This document shows positions 7,295 to 15,587 of a stretch of DNA of 43,717 nucleotides, in pieces. The stretch is from a virus (taxonomy: Duplodnaviria; Caudoviricetes): the IMG/VR virus record IMGVR_UViG_3300045000_000115, positions 1 through 43,717 of that record. One strand, given 5' to 3'. The notes beneath the pieces were generated by a model. That model worked only from the letters and a program-made list of their open reading frames with translations, searched no databases and was not told the origin of the DNA. Position numbers and translations under genes: made by a program. The first letter of the stretch is position 1. Each line of letters starts with the position of its first letter.

Positions 7295-8200
7295 TCAGGC
7301 ATGTGCATTCCAGGGGTCGTTGCTGGTCGGGCGGGCTGTCGGCGAGTCGCCGGGAGGGCGGTGGCCGCGGGGGGCGACCTTCTGCGCAACCGAGGTGTGG
7401 CGGCATCGGACGGCCGGGGCGACAGAGCGACCGTCGCGGCCCAGCAGCCAGCCGAACTCGTCGCAGGCTCGGCACCGTCTGCGGCGCCGGACCTCGTCAC
7501 GGTTCCGCTGAGAGCGGCGGGATTTCCACGCGCGGCTCAGCTCGGCGCAGTCACGGCAGGGCGGCACCGAGGCACCGGGCAGCAGATCGGAGTGGATCAG
7601 GCAGAGCGGCGGTACGTCGGCCGGCCGGGATGGGTGGTTGTCCACAGCCGGGGCGGCCGCCTCGTGCGCGGGCGCAGGCGCATCCACGGGCTCACGGCAA
7701 CGGGGAGGGGGGTCAACCACTGCCCCCCTCCCCGCCACTGGGTGCCCCCCTCGTTGCTCGTGGCTGCCCCTCTTGTGGATGGCAGGCGGGTTGTCGCTGC
7801 CCCCCTTGCCTTCGGGGGCAGTCGAGTTGTCCACAGCGCCGGGCGCGCCACCCGGCGTGGTGGATTCCGGCCCGCCGACGGGGGCACCGTCGGCGGGCCG
7901 GAAGTGCGGGAGCTGGTAGGTGACGACGGTGCCGGGGACCGCGTAGAGCGGGCGGCCGTCGGCGCCGGTGCGGCCGTTGGGAACGCGCACCTCGAGGTCG
8001 CGGTCGCGCAGGCGCCGGAGCACATTGCGCAGCCCGGACTCGCTGAGGCGGGCGAGCGCGGCGAGCCCTTCCCGGCTGGTGGGGTACCGCCGGGTTTCGA
8101 CGCGCGCGCCCTCGGCGATCACCATCAGCACGGCGAGTTCGCCGCGGGTGAGGTCCCGCGGCGCGTGGTAGAGCACTTCGTTGGAGAGCTGCCAGGCCAC
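7295..8200 (-). CDS. Putative replication initiator (N-terminal HTH, C-terminal Zn finger)
   Basis: N-terminal wHTH-like YPTSREGLAALARLSE; CRACDEFGW tail; DnaA boxes and iterons inside the gene. Confidence 0.7.
   Translation of the reverse strand: MAWQLSNEVLYHAPRDLTRGELAVLMVIAEGARVETRRYPTSREGLAALARLSESGLRNVLRRLRDRDLEVRVPNGRTGADGRPLYAVPGTVVTYQLPHFRPADGAPVGGPESTTPGGAPGAVDNSTAPEGKGGSDNPPAIHKRGSHEQRGGHPVAGRGAVVDPPPRCREPVDAPAPAHEAAAPAVDNHPSRPADVPPLCLIHSDLLPGASVPPCRDCAELSRAWKSRRSQRNRDEVRRRRRCRACDEFGWLLGRDGRSVAPAVRCRHTSVAQKVAPRGHRPPGDSPTARPTSNDPWNAHA
7638..7835. other. Putative phage replication origin
   Basis: TTGTCCACA at 7638 and 7827 flank TGCCCC(CC)T iterons at 7721, 7743, 7765 and 7798. Confidence 0.7.
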
Positions 8201-8344
8201 AGGGGGTGAGCTCCTCTCGAGATGTGGGGCGCTCTCAGCGCGTCGTGGACTGAGGCAGGGCGGGACGCGGGATCGGCCGGTGCGGGAGGGTGCGGTACCA
8301 GCGCGAGATGAGGCGCAGCTCGACGAGGCGGCGGCGGAGGCGGG

Positions 8345-8980
8345 TCACGGCAGCAGCTCCGCCGCGGTGAGCAGCTGGCGGGCGTAGTCGAGGCGGTCCC
8401 ACTCCGCCGGGTCGGCGCCGGTGTCGGGATGCAGCCGGCGCGCGGCCGCCCGGTACGCGGCGGCCGCGTCGAGCACGGCCGCCCCGCCCGGGTCGGCCTG
8501 CGCGCGCATCCATCGCATGGCCTCCTCGGCCGACGCGAACGGGGCCGGTGTCGGCCCGGCCGGGAGCGCCCGGAACCCGGCGTACTGCTGGCCGCCCTCG
8601 ACGGCGCCGTACCGGTCGACCGCACGCAGCGCCTGCAGCGTCAGCGCGATCGCGCGGGCGTTCGCATGCCACGGCAGAACGCCGTGCCAGCCGGCCCCGT
8701 CGTAGCGACCGCACGCGTACTGCAGCGGGCCATGCCGAGTATCGAGCGAGACCCGAACGCGGCCCGAGCGGAGCCGGGCGTTGGCGCGGATCTCGCCGTT
8801 CTGCCTGAGGTCGGCCGGGGTGAGGTCGAGCTCGATGACCACCACCTGAGCGCCGAGGAACTCGGCCTCGTCCAGGAGCATCTGGCGGGTGCCGGTCCAC
8901 TTCGCGCGGAACGGGCATCCCGCCACCCCGACGTCGGGGTAGGGCCAGCTGGAGAGCGGCTCGAACACGAGGCGGGTCAC
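8345..8980 (-). CDS. Protein with C-terminal J-domain (DnaJ-like)
   Basis: AYRAAARRLHPDTG with the HPD motif. Confidence 0.8.
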   Translation of the reverse strand: MTRLVFEPLSSWPYPDVGVAGCPFRAKWTGTRQMLLDEAEFLGAQVVVIELDLTPADLRQNGEIRANARLRSGRVRVSLDTRHGPLQYACGRYDGAGWHGVLPWHANARAIALTLQALRAVDRYGAVEGGQQYAGFRALPAGPTPAPFASAEEAMRWMRAQADPGGAAVLDAAAAYRAAARRLHPDTGADPAEWDRLDYARQLLTAAELLP

Positions 8981-9032
8981 GGCTCAGGCCACGCGGTCAG
9001 GAGCTGCGCGCCGCCGGGGATGGCGACGGGCA

Positions 9033-9491
9033 TCAGAAGATCAGCCGCCAGGGCGCGCAGCCGTAGGTCTGGAAGGCGCCGACGGCTTCCGTGATCTCGA
9101 CGACGAGAGGCTCGTTCGCGTTCGCCTTCGCGAACCCGCGACTGATGACATAGCTGTTGCCGTTTGCGCCGGTGCGCGAGGCGCGCGTGGCCCAGGAGCA
9201 GAACGAGTAGATGCCGGGCGCCGCCCCGGGCGAGCGGTAGGTGCCCGGGGTGATGTGGATGCCCACGATCCAGGTGCCGTCCCCGAAGCCCGCGTCGGCC
9301 GGCACTGCCATCTGTTCGGAGGCCGGTGGGGCACCGACGATCGCGGACGCCGGCGGAGTGTCGGTGCGCGGTGATACCGCGATGCCGATGACGAGCAGCA
9401 GCGCGAACCCACCAACGATCCACGGCAGGACCCGGTGTCGCTGGCGGGGCTCTATGGGCGGGTGTGGCGGCGGGACGGGCGGGGGCATCAC
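9033..9491 (-). CDS. Membrane-anchored exported protein
   Basis: TM segment followed by a GDGTW.VG..I.PGTYRS domain with a Cys pair. Confidence 0.7.
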   Translation of the reverse strand: MMPPPVPPPHPPIEPRQRHRVLPWIVGGFALLLVIGIAVSPRTDTPPASAIVGAPPASEQMAVPADAGFGDGTWIVGIHITPGTYRSPGAAPGIYSFCSWATRASRTGANGNSYVISRGFAKANANEPLVVEITEAVGAFQTYGCAPWRLIF

Positions 9492-9769
9492 AGGACATCT
9501 CCAGCGGAGGTGACGGGACGGCTGGCTGGCTCGTCATCGAGCACGAGCGCGAGCAGCGCTCCGACGCGGAAGGCCGGGAGCTCGGGCCACGCATCGCGGA
9601 CGTCGTGCCCGTCGATGCCCGCGTGGAGGGCGGTGTACGAGCGGTCGGCGAGCGCCGCAGCGGCCTCGCACGCCTCGTCAGCCGAGACGGGCCGCTCGAC
9701 GGGCTGCTCGGCGGGGTCGAGCAGCCATCGCAGCAGCGTGTTGACCTGCGTCGCCTCAGTGCTGTTCAT
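9488..9769 (-). CDS. Hypothetical protein
   Basis: ATGA-coupled start MNSTEATQVNTLLRW. Confidence 0.65.
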   Translation of the reverse strand: MNSTEATQVNTLLRWLLDPAEQPVERPVSADEACEAAAALADRSYTALHAGIDGHDVRDAWPELPAFRVGALLALVLDDEPASRPVTSAGDVL

Positions 9770-11571
9770 CGGGCGATCGCCCCCGACTCGATGAGCAGCT
9801 CGGCGACGTGCTCGGCGTGCCACAGCGGGGAACGGCCGTCGGGCGCGCTGAACGTGCCGCCGAAGCCGCAGCGGCATGCGTCGTCGAGGAGCGGCTCGTG
9901 CTCGGTCAGCACCGCGGCGATCACCGGCACCAGCTCGCGGCTCGGGGCTGTACCGGACGGCGGCCACCATCCGGCTTCGACGACGTCGACGGCCAGGAAC
10001 CGGTAGCCCTCGCGGAACGCGGTGTGCGCACCGGCCCAGCTGACGCCGGTCAGGGCGAGCTCCCGGCGGGCGAGCGCGCGGGCCAGCTGGTCGATGTGGG
10101 AGTCGGCCGCCGCTTCCAGCCGGGGCAGGTTGTGGCGCAGCGGCGACGACAGAGACGGGGGCGTGCCGGGGCCTGGTTCAGCCTCAGCGGCGTCTCCGGC
10201 GTGATCACCGGCTGGGCGGGTACCGCCCGCTGGCCTGACCTCGACCTCGGCCTCGCACTGGTCGCAGATCCAGTCCGCGGGGAGCGCCTTGACGTCCACG
10301 CGGCAGCGCGGACACGCTCGCCACGTCGCGCGGACCGTGGCACCGCTACCGGCGACGTGCTGGCCGCGGGTGTGAACCGGACGGGTACAGACCCAGATCT
10401 CGTAGAAGGCGGGGCACGTCGGGCCGGTGAAGCCGCGCGTCGGGTCGGGGTCGCCCACTTTCGCCGTGTCAGCGGGGTCGTCGGGGGCGGTTTCCCCGGT
10501 CGAGGCCGGAGCAGGCCCGGCGCTTTCCCCACCATCCGGCGACGTCTCGGGGAGCGGCGCGATCCGGGAGGTGGCCTGAGCGGCCAAGGTCGCGGGGCCG
10601 GCCGGGCCTCCGTGCTCCGGCCGCAGCCACTCGAGGGTGCGGCCGCCGGTCCCGGTCTCGTTGCCTCCGTCTCCGAAATGCTCCAGCACGGCGCCGGCGG
10701 GAAGCTCCCGGCGTTCAACGGTTCCGGTGATCTGGTCGCCCCGCCCTGCTGCGGTGTCGCGCGTCCCCATCTCCGGGGCCGTCAGCTCGTTGCTCGGCGG
10801 CGACGTCGCGGGGCCGCGCCAGTAGTGCGCCTGAATCGCGGCGGCGTACGCGCGGTAGATCTCGCGGTCGGGCTCTGGCTGCTCCTCCCAGGGGACCGCG
10901 GTGTGCGCGGCGACCTCGTGGGAGCAGATCACCCGTGCGAGTTCCTCGCGGGCCGCGAGTCGGTGATCGGCTTCGGATTCGAGCACGGCGATCTCCTCGG
11001 GGGCGAGCTGCTGGCCATACGGCCACCGTGGGGGCGTCGTCGCGGTTGCGGTTGTCGGCGGCCAGAGGCCTCGAACGACGTCGATGGCCGTCTCCGCGAT
11101 CGCCGTCCACCGCTCGTCGACCGCCTCGGGTCCGGGGGCGATCCGCGCCCGGTAGAAGCCGCGCTTCAACTCGCTGGCGAGCCACGCCGGGTTCGGTGCG
11201 GGCCGCTCCAGGTCGAGCGCGCCCGCCAACTGGTCACGTTCGTCGGCCACCTCGTCGTGCAGACGGCGCCAGTGGCTGACCTCCTCGCGTAACCGCACGG
11301 TGCCGGGCTCGTCCGGGCCGTCCGGCTGGGCGATGTCAGCGGCGCCGGACTCGATGGCCCCGTTCTCCTCCATGTGCGCCCGGTACGCCGCGGCGAGCCG
11401 CTGCCCGGCCGCGGTCTGCGAGTCGACGAGCGGGTCGAGCTGCTCGACGTTGTCCTCGTAGTGCTTCGCGATCGAGTCGGCCACCTCGGGTCGGGTGCCG
11501 GGCGGGAAGCTGAGCACGTCTCCTCCGACGTGGCGACGCTCCCAGCTGAAAAGGCGGGCCAGGCGGTTCAC
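9766..11571 (-). CDS. Large mosaic hypothetical protein (601 aa)
   Basis: Long ORF coupled at both ends; repeated small helical modules and several Cys/His clusters. Confidence 0.7.
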   Translation of the reverse strand: MNRLARLFSWERRHVGGDVLSFPPGTRPEVADSIAKHYEDNVEQLDPLVDSQTAAGQRLAAAYRAHMEENGAIESGAADIAQPDGPDEPGTVRLREEVSHWRRLHDEVADERDQLAGALDLERPAPNPAWLASELKRGFYRARIAPGPEAVDERWTAIAETAIDVVRGLWPPTTATATTPPRWPYGQQLAPEEIAVLESEADHRLAAREELARVICSHEVAAHTAVPWEEQPEPDREIYRAYAAAIQAHYWRGPATSPPSNELTAPEMGTRDTAAGRGDQITGTVERRELPAGAVLEHFGDGGNETGTGGRTLEWLRPEHGGPAGPATLAAQATSRIAPLPETSPDGGESAGPAPASTGETAPDDPADTAKVGDPDPTRGFTGPTCPAFYEIWVCTRPVHTRGQHVAGSGATVRATWRACPRCRVDVKALPADWICDQCEAEVEVRPAGGTRPAGDHAGDAAEAEPGPGTPPSLSSPLRHNLPRLEAAADSHIDQLARALARRELALTGVSWAGAHTAFREGYRFLAVDVVEAGWWPPSGTAPSRELVPVIAAVLTEHEPLLDDACRCGFGGTFSAPDGRSPLWHAEHVAELLIESGAIAR

Positions 11572-12173
11572 TGGGCACCGCCAGAGACCGGCTCGCCGAG
11601 CTCGGAAACGTGGACGATGTGGCTGCTGCCGTCGCCGTCGATGCCGTAGACGACCTCGTCATCCGGGGTGAGACCCGCGAAACCTGCACGAATCGCGTAG
11701 GCCGCGACGGTCCGGTCACCCTCGCACTGACGCCAGGAGCGGCCACGCGCTCTGTCCCAGTAGTCGACCACGGTGAACGGCGAGCTCGGCGCCGGCCGCA
11801 CGAGGCCGCGGCCGTCGTCGCCTGCCAGCTGGAGCGTCACCGTCTGCCCAGCGAGCGGGTGCGGGTCGGCGTGGACGACGCCGGCGGCGCTGCCGCCGGG
11901 ACGCCCGGCGGCAGCCAGCATGAGGCCACCGGCGAGCACCGGGTCGCCCCACAGCAGGAGCAGCAGGGCGCAGCCCCACCCCGTCACCGCGAGCAGCCGG
12001 GCGACCGCCAGCTCCCGCCCGACGAGCGGGACGTAGTGGCGGGCGGCTTGCCGCTCGCCGCGTGGCCACGGCGACGCATGGCGACCGTGGCGAATGAGGT
12101 GCGTGGGGCTGTGCAGGTATGTCGTGAGCCAGGCGGGCAGCCGGTCTCGTGACAGAATTGGTGTGCTGATCAT
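11568..12173 (-). CDS. Hypothetical membrane protein
   Basis: Hydrophobic stretch, then HPLAGQTV...VVDYWDR...DEVVYG...IVHVSEL domain. Confidence 0.6.
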   Translation of the reverse strand: MISTPILSRDRLPAWLTTYLHSPTHLIRHGRHASPWPRGERQAARHYVPLVGRELAVARLLAVTGWGCALLLLLWGDPVLAGGLMLAAAGRPGGSAAGVVHADPHPLAGQTVTLQLAGDDGRGLVRPAPSSPFTVVDYWDRARGRSWRQCEGDRTVAAYAIRAGFAGLTPDDEVVYGIDGDGSSHIVHVSELGEPVSGGAQ

Positions 12174-12235
12174 GAGGCGTTGTCCTCTGGTCAGGGCGGG
12201 TCGACGCGGCATAGGCGGCGGCGTCGATCCGCCGG

Positions 12236-12742
12236 TCACGTGCAGGGGGTCAGGGGGACGGGCCAGCCGTCGGCGATGCCGCGGTGGGCCCGGTAGCTGG
12301 CGGCGCGCAGCGCTGCGTCCCGGTCGACGTAGCCGCCGCCGATGCGACGGCCCTCCCGGTGTGTCAGCGACTGCAGGAAGACGGCGCGGGCCGCAGTGCG
12401 CTCGGCCTGCGTCGTCCCGACGGCCGGTGCGGCGCGGCCGGTGTGGCGCCCGGCCTGCGACTTCGGGGCGGTCGGGGCGATGCGGACCGGCGGTCGCGGC
12501 GCCTCCTTGATCCCAGCCGCTGCTGTGCATTCCGCGCAGTCGCGGAAGGCCTCGGGGGTGGCGAAGAGGCTGACCGCCTTCCACCTCCGCCGTAGCCCGC
12601 AGAGCGCGGGACGCCCACGGCGCGCATCCGCCGCGTACGACTCGGTCAGGAGATGGCCGATGAGGTCGGTCGAGCCCGGGTTGCGGGCGGCGTATCGGTG
12701 CCCGATCACGTCGGCCAGGTCGGAGATCACCGTGACGGTCAC
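12236..12742 (-). CDS. Hypothetical protein with zinc-finger-like motif
   Basis: H...ALCG...CAEC; GTGA coupling. Confidence 0.6.
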   Translation of the reverse strand: MTVTVISDLADVIGHRYAARNPGSTDLIGHLLTESYAADARRGRPALCGLRRRWKAVSLFATPEAFRDCAECTAAAGIKEAPRPPVRIAPTAPKSQAGRHTGRAAPAVGTTQAERTAARAVFLQSLTHREGRRIGGGYVDRDAALRAASYRAHRGIADGWPVPLTPCT

Positions 12743-12984
12743 CGGCCGCCTCGCTGCCGGTCGTAGGCCGCGAGGACGTCCTGGTTGGTCAGCCCGACCG
12801 GCCGGTTCGCGGCGTCGATGATGCGGCGGAGACGGCGGCCGACCTTCCCGTTCGGGGTCTTCCCGGCGATCAGGTCCTCGACCAGCTCGTCGTCCGCGCG
12901 AACCGCTTCAGGGTCGACGTCGTCGGGGGTGGCCAACGCCGTCACCACTCGGTGCGCCAGCGGCCGGGGGCCGTCACGGCGCAT
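12739..12984 (-). CDS. Hypothetical protein
   Basis: Fills the gap in the early operon; AVRADDELVEDL. Confidence 0.55.
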   Translation of the reverse strand: MRRDGPRPLAHRVVTALATPDDVDPEAVRADDELVEDLIAGKTPNGKVGRRLRRIIDAANRPVGLTNQDVLAAYDRQRGGR

Positions 12985-13195
12985 CGGCCCAGACGACTTG
13001 AGTGGCGCCGGCGTGGCCGTGGATGGCCTCGACGATGGCGATGGAGTCGTACTCCGCGGTCGAGGCGAGGTCGCCCCGCCAGCGCATCGCAACGCGGCCG
13101 TCGGGGAACTGCACGCCGTCAGCGACATCGCCCGTGCCGGACACACCGGTCACGTCGGTGCTACGGCGGAGCACGAACATGCGGGCCTTGTTCAC
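12974..13195 (-). CDS. Conserved actinophage hypothetical protein
   Basis: F.L.R..DVTGVSGTG.VA.GVQF.DG...HGH pattern. Confidence 0.75.
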   Translation of the reverse strand: MNKARMFVLRRSTDVTGVSGTGDVADGVQFPDGRVAMRWRGDLASTAEYDSIAIVEAIHGHAGATQVVWADAP

Positions 13196-13431
13196 GAGGC
13201 CTGCTCCGCGGGCTGCTCGTCAGGCGCGGCGGGTGTCTCCGGTGTCTCCGGGCGGATGAGATTTCGCAGGTCGGAGACCTTGAAGCGACGCTGATTCCCC
13301 GGGGTCCGGTACGTCGGCAATGCGCCAGCGTCCGCCCACCGACGCAGCGTGTTCTCGCCGACGCCCGCGACCCGCGCGCCCTCGACGGTGCCAACCATGG
13401 CCTCGTCGTCGTATGCATGGGTACTGGACAT
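13192..13431 (-). CDS. Cro-position BldC/excisionase-like MerR-type HTH protein
   Basis: GVGENTLRRWADAG.L..YRTPGNQRRF; divergent from the repressor; probably a leaderless start at 13431. Confidence 0.8.
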   Translation of the reverse strand: MSSTHAYDDEAMVGTVEGARVAGVGENTLRRWADAGALPTYRTPGNQRRFKVSDLRNLIRPETPETPAAPDEQPAEQAS

Positions 13432-13544
13432 AGCGCGGAACATAACCATGGGTACGTCTGACACGCAAACACCGACATGCCAGCACCATGGGACTTGAAA
13501 GGTAGCTCTGGTGAGGTCTGGTTAGGTTTTGGTAGGGTCGTCGC
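13416..13544. promoter_or_regulatory. Divergent lysis/lysogeny promoter region with repeats
   Basis: Leftward TTGCGT-N18-TATGTT; rightward -10 TAGGGT 6 nt before ATG 13545; CATGGGTAC x2; 10-bp tandem TCTGGTKAGG repeats. Confidence 0.6.
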
Positions 13545-13994
13545 ATGACAACAGCGGCAGCGGGGAGCCCGGCCGTGGCGCGGATCCCGGGCTGGACCTT
13601 CGCCGACCGGCTCAGGAAGATCCGGCGCGACGTCCTCGGCATCGAGCAGGAGGAGATGGCCCAGCGGCTGGGCATGAAGAAGCCGGCCTACGCAGCATGG
13701 GAATCAGGCCGCAACGAGCCGCGGTCCATCGTCGCGGTGGCCAAGCAGATCGAACTGATGTCCAGGGTCCCGGCCGCGTGGGTGCTTGGGGTTGAGTCGC
13801 CGACACCCGAACCGGGGGACGCTCAGTCGTCGCAACCGCAGGACGCTACTGCGGCAGCTACTGTGCGGTATCTCCCGATTAGCGAGCACGGGGCGGCATC
13901 GGTGACACCGCTGTTCCCGCAGGTCAGTGCGTATGCCGAGGTGGCCGACACCGTGAGTGTCGGCCGGGCGACTGAACTTAGCGGGGCAGCGTGA
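13545..13994 (+). CDS. XRE-family immunity repressor with C-terminal extension
   Basis: WTFADRLRKIR...QEEMAQRLG...YAAWESGRNEP; ends in ...SGAA. Confidence 0.85.
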   Translation: MTTAAAGSPAVARIPGWTFADRLRKIRRDVLGIEQEEMAQRLGMKKPAYAAWESGRNEPRSIVAVAKQIELMSRVPAAWVLGVESPTPEPGDAQSSQPQDATAAATVRYLPISEHGAASVTPLFPQVSAYAEVADTVSVGRATELSGAA

Positions 13995-14950
13995 AACGAA
14001 GCAACGGATCACGACGGATTACCGAACGTTCGGCCGTGACTACTATCAGCGAACGGGACCTCCGCCTGATCAGGCTGCACGTCGACTACGTGCGACGGAC
14101 CGGGGCGACGGCGAGGACGCTCTACCACCGTCGGGAGAACCTGCTCCGGTTCGCGAAGAAGCTCCGCTGCGATCTGCTCGACGCCACCGCCGGCGACCTC
14201 GACACCTGGCAGTCCGGGCTACGCGTCAGCCTCTCCTCGATCGCGACCTACAGCTCCCACGTCCGATCGTTCTACCGCTGGGCGGTCGAGACCGGGCACA
14301 TCGAGAACGACCCGAGCCACCTCTTGCCTCAGCCCAAGGTCCCCGCCCGGCGGCCACGGCCGATCCCCGCCGACGACCTCGAGGTGGTCCTGGCCTGCGC
14401 GAAGGGCCGCGTTCGTATCTGGATCATCCTCGGCGTGTTCATGGGTCTGCGCGCGTTCGAAATCGCGCAGACCTGCCGGGAGGACGTCAGCCAGGGGATC
14501 ATCGCCGGGGAGCGCAGATGGTTCATTTCCGGCATCGGCAAGGGCGCGAAGCCCTACAAGCTCGTCGTGCCGACCCACGTCATGCCGGAGCTGCAGGTAC
14601 ACCTGACCACCCGGTCCGGGCCCCTCTGGCGAGACGCGAACGACAGGGCGATCGCGCCTCACGGGATCACGAAGGAGGTCACGGCCTTCTACCGAAGCCT
14701 GGGCATGGCGCACACCCACCACTCGGGCCGCCACACGTTCGGCACCGAGGTGCAGCAGCAGACCAAGGATCTGCTGGAGACGCAGGTGCTCATGCGGCAC
14801 TCGAACCCGGCCACGACATTGCAGTACGTCGACCCGGGCGACGCGGCCGGGATCGCCGCGCTGGATCGGCTGTCGGCGGCGCTGCGCCCGGAGAGCGGGT
14901 CTCGCCGGCGGAAGCCGCCCAGGTCCAAGCCCGGCCGGGAGGCGTCGTGA
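13991..14950 (+). CDS. int: Tyrosine integrase/recombinase (short, no obvious arm-binding domain)
   Basis: GLRAFE (R), GKG (K), HSGRH (HxxR), MRHS (H), TTLQY (Y). Confidence 0.92.
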   Translation: MKRSNGSRRITERSAVTTISERDLRLIRLHVDYVRRTGATARTLYHRRENLLRFAKKLRCDLLDATAGDLDTWQSGLRVSLSSIATYSSHVRSFYRWAVETGHIENDPSHLLPQPKVPARRPRPIPADDLEVVLACAKGRVRIWIILGVFMGLRAFEIAQTCREDVSQGIIAGERRWFISGIGKGAKPYKLVVPTHVMPELQVHLTTRSGPLWRDANDRAIAPHGITKEVTAFYRSLGMAHTHHSGRHTFGTEVQQQTKDLLETQVLMRHSNPATTLQYVDPGDAAGIAALDRLSAALRPESGSRRRKPPRSKPGREAS

Positions 14951-15045
14951 CGACAATCGCCGTTCTCTGCGCCGTGTGTGGTGCAGCGGTTGGGCCATTT
15001 GGCCTACAAGTTGATCACCATTTTGCTCGTCCAGTCGGTCGTGTA

Positions 15046-15073
15046 ATGCGGCCAGACGGACCTTATGTAAACG
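15046..15073. other. dif-like site candidate
   Basis: ATGCGGCCAGA-CGGACC-TTATGTAAACG; the right arm resembles a XerD arm; AT-richer gap after int. Confidence 0.4.
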
Positions 15074-15100
15074 GCCGATTGTTGGAAATCGTGATCTTCC

Positions 15101-15304
15101 ATGAGAAGACGATGGACAGTCCGAGTCCAGGACGCCGCCCGTCGGGAGCGCTGGTTGATCGTCGAGGTGCCGACCGGTTCGGGCGCCGTCCACGTGTCAG
15201 TCGGGGATACCCGCCTCGTGTACGAGCCTCAGAGACTGGCGCGGCTGCGGAGGGTCTACCTGGCGGCGATCGCCGTGGCGATCTTCGACAGGGGACGCTG
15301 GTGA
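15101..15304 (+). CDS. Small hypothetical protein
   Basis: 67-aa ORF convergent with the BldC-like gene. Confidence 0.55.
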   Translation: MRRRWTVRVQDAARRERWLIVEVPTGSGAVHVSVGDTRLVYEPQRLARLRRVYLAAIAVAIFDRGRW

Positions 15305-15490
15305 TCAGTCCTTCTGACGACGCCACTGCGCTCGGAGCTCGCTCCGGACGCGGTCGACGTCCCAGCGCATGTGCCCGCCAGGAGTCCGGTAGTCGGGTTC
15401 GATCAGGCCGGCCTCTACCCACCGCTGCAGCGACCGGACGCCCACGCCGAGCTCCTTCGCGAGCTGGGGGGTCGTCACGTACTGCGTCAC
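15305..15490 (-). CDS. Second BldC/MerR-type HTH protein
   Basis: TTPQLAKELGVGVRSLQRWVEAGLI.P..RTPGGHMRW; probable leaderless GTG after CAGGGT. Confidence 0.8.
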   Translation of the reverse strand: MTQYVTTPQLAKELGVGVRSLQRWVEAGLIEPDYRTPGGHMRWDVDRVRSELRAQWRRQKD

Positions 15491-15587
15491 GCCGGGACCC
15501 TGTCGCGCCGGTGTCGCATATGGCCGGGTGGTGTCGCGTTTGGCATCGAACGGCGGCCATTCGGTGCCGGGCCGCGGCGGGGGCCGC

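Noticed and set aside
13790-13994. tRNA-derived attP core within the repressor
   Set aside because: No GTTCGA(A/G)TCC-type T-arm or tRNA 3' end is recognisable on either strand
14022-14033. Palindrome CCGAACGTTCGG as a LexA/SOS box
   Set aside because: It lacks the 4-nt spacer of GAAC-N4-GTTC; it could still be another protein's site
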